A DNA stretch of 64,000 nt from Callorhinchus milii (Eukaryota): positions 36,644,001 to 36,708,000 of the forward strand of contig NW_024704742.1 of the NCBI RefSeq assembly GCF_018977255.1, given 5' to 3'. Shown piece by piece: positions 61,901 to 64,000 of the stretch. The notes under the pieces are model-generated. The model was not told where the DNA came from. It did not search any database and worked only from the letters and a program-made list of their open reading frames with translations. Every line of letters starts with the position of its first letter. The first letter of the stretch is position 1. A program made the position numbers and the translations under genes.

Positions 61901-63004
61901 AGTCTTTGCATGACTGAACACTAAGGAATAGTGACTGGTTATTACAGTAAGAGTATTACCGTATTTACTCAACAGTCCAGTGGCTGGAGAACTGCATTAA
62001 AATCACGCTAACCATGAATGGCTGGGAAGGAGAGAGGTAATGTGAAACAATTATTTCCAGTCTCTGCTTTTTGCTGCAGGCAATTCGATGGTACTTAGCT
62101 GGCAACATATTGTTTTTACAACTTGTGAGGCTACAGAAACTATAAGAAAATGTGTACGTTTGGTGAATTTTGACAAAGGTGTTGATACATCTACTATGGG
62201 CTGAGTTTTCCTCTTTTACATCTTGCAATGTGTAACCTTTTCAGATATGTGGGTCTTTGGGGATTTCGTATTGGAAACATGCTAGTAGATAAAGGTTAAT
62301 TGACCATTTAGTGTTTTTTCTGATCTGCTTGTACCTGAAACTGCATAATATTCCAAACATTGGCTTGTTTGTGAAAGGCACTATGTAACATCTCCTCATG
62401 TTGCATTTCACAATTTAAAACAAAACATCTTTGAAAGTACATATCATCAAACAAGATGCTTTAAAGTAAGATTTTTACTGGCAATTGTTGTTCTTTGCAA
62501 CTTTCTCCTTTATGTAAAGACAGCAGCTTTGGGCACTGACTCAGGGTTGTGCAAAGCTACTTTAGGACAGACTCCAGGAAGTATTTCCAGGAAGAATGGT
62601 ACAGCCTGAACTCTTCTCTCTTAAGAAGCAGGTCAGTACTCTAATGGGAGGATGGTAGGTTGGCGATTTTCGAAGGGTGAATTTGAATAAATGAAGGTCC
62701 TTCTTGTTTTTAACCTCTCTTGTGATCTTATGAATTCATTTGATGTTTGAAATATGTCACAAGGCGAGTCTTATTTTTTTCTATCGTATAATCTTTTTCT
62801 TACAATCCATTCTTCAGGCTTGGAGTGTTCCTACCATTGAATTTTATTGAATCATACACATGCTCAATTAACTGCCCTTTCATTTATTAGGAGTGTCCCC
62901 GGGAAAAATGAATGGTTTAAATTTGACAATTTAAAACAAAACATGTATTTAGTTTCTGTTGATTTCTGATCAGTATAATGTGGGCCTTATATTTTTGTCC
63001 AGAA

Positions 63005-63325
63005 AATAATATTAATAATCATAATCCTTGCATTTGATGTAGAGCGCCTTATCACATCTTTGAGACATCTCAAAGCCTTTCACAGAATATATTGTAAAGT
63101 GAATTGACTGTATAATTGTGGGAAAAACGCGGCAGTCAATTGTACACAGCAGTGCCCCACAAACAGTTATGGATTGGTGACCAATTTATTATTGTTTTTT
63201 TTCTTGAGAGATTATTATCAAGCGTGTGAAGTAAGGAAACTTGTCCAAGGTTTTGCCTTGTCAGGAATCGAACCCAGGTCTCTCGCTTGCGAGGCGAGTG
63301 CTCTAACTGAGCATCAGAACTCCAC
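63005..63325 (-). mobile_element. SINE family A short variant
   Basis: Full head-body-tail, reverse complement. Confidence 0.93.
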
Positions 63326-64000
63326 TGTACAAACATGTAACTGAAATAGCCTTGCTTCCCTTGCTTCCCTTTTCTGCTAAACAGTTCTATTGTGAAATGT
63401 GCAGAATTGTAGCCAGAAAACATTTTAGGCAAGAGTGTAGTATTAACGTATCTTCATTTTTTGATTCCCTTTCAGTATTTGCTTCTTAGAATTTTTAATA
63501 GTAATTGGAGGCTACATTAGTTCATCGAACAGCATCTTTTGTTGAAATTGTGAAAACTGTAAGGTAAACAGACGTAAGCATATCACGATATGACAGCAAC
63601 TTGCATTTATATAGGTCTTTTCACATAATAGGTCTCCAAATAATGTGAAATGGGATACAGGGAAAGGGCAGGTAAATGAGATTGAAAGGATCTCACTCTT
63701 TAAAAGATCTAACAAAGACACAAAGGGCTGAATGGTCTTCTTCTGAGCTATAAGGTTCTGTGGTTGAAAGCTTTCACAAGCAGAATTGAGCTTGAAACTT
63801 GATGAAATAAATGAAGCTTGATTATGTTTGGGGACTGAGCAGGAGAGTGACATTAGAGGTTAGATGGTTTGTGTGGCGAGAACCACTAGCCTAGACTTGA
63901 TCGTCTAAATGACTTTTTTCTATGCTGCAACCTTACATAATTATTTGAAGTCACCTATACATTTGTTGGCAGTAGTGGAATGAAAATAATGAAGCAGAAT

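Noticed and set aside
1..64000. Prokaryotic-type operon, defence system or viral insertion
   Set aside because: No long intact ORFs or gene-dense segment; content is vertebrate repeats and non-coding DNA

Overview
AT-rich, repeat-dense eukaryotic (vertebrate) non-coding DNA. I found no recognisable protein-coding gene; every ORF I can assign is a decayed LINE reverse-transcriptase/endonuclease fragment or runs across a SINE. The repeat set (tRNA-head SINEs with L2-type tails, Deu-domain SINEs, abundant L2 and CR1, CR1 tails with ATTCTRTG repeats, small Penelope-type hairpin inserts) suggests a cartilaginous fish, plausibly a holocephalan. That assignment and the repeat family names are inferences from remembered consensus sequences, not database results. 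The window looks like a large intron or gene desert. The most notable structures are: two short TSD-flanked Penelope-like inserts, one with a decayed hammerhead-ribozyme core and one forming a ~60-bp-stem hairpin; a 640-bp solo LTR inside a SINE; an 82/85-identical inverted repeat; several palindromic MITE-like elements; a 41-bp-period array with inverted copies; a modular SINE family; a GATA-site cluster; and a few candidate exons and recursive splice sites. Nothing here demonstrates a new biological system. Element boundaries are approximate unless a TSD or TIR is quoted.
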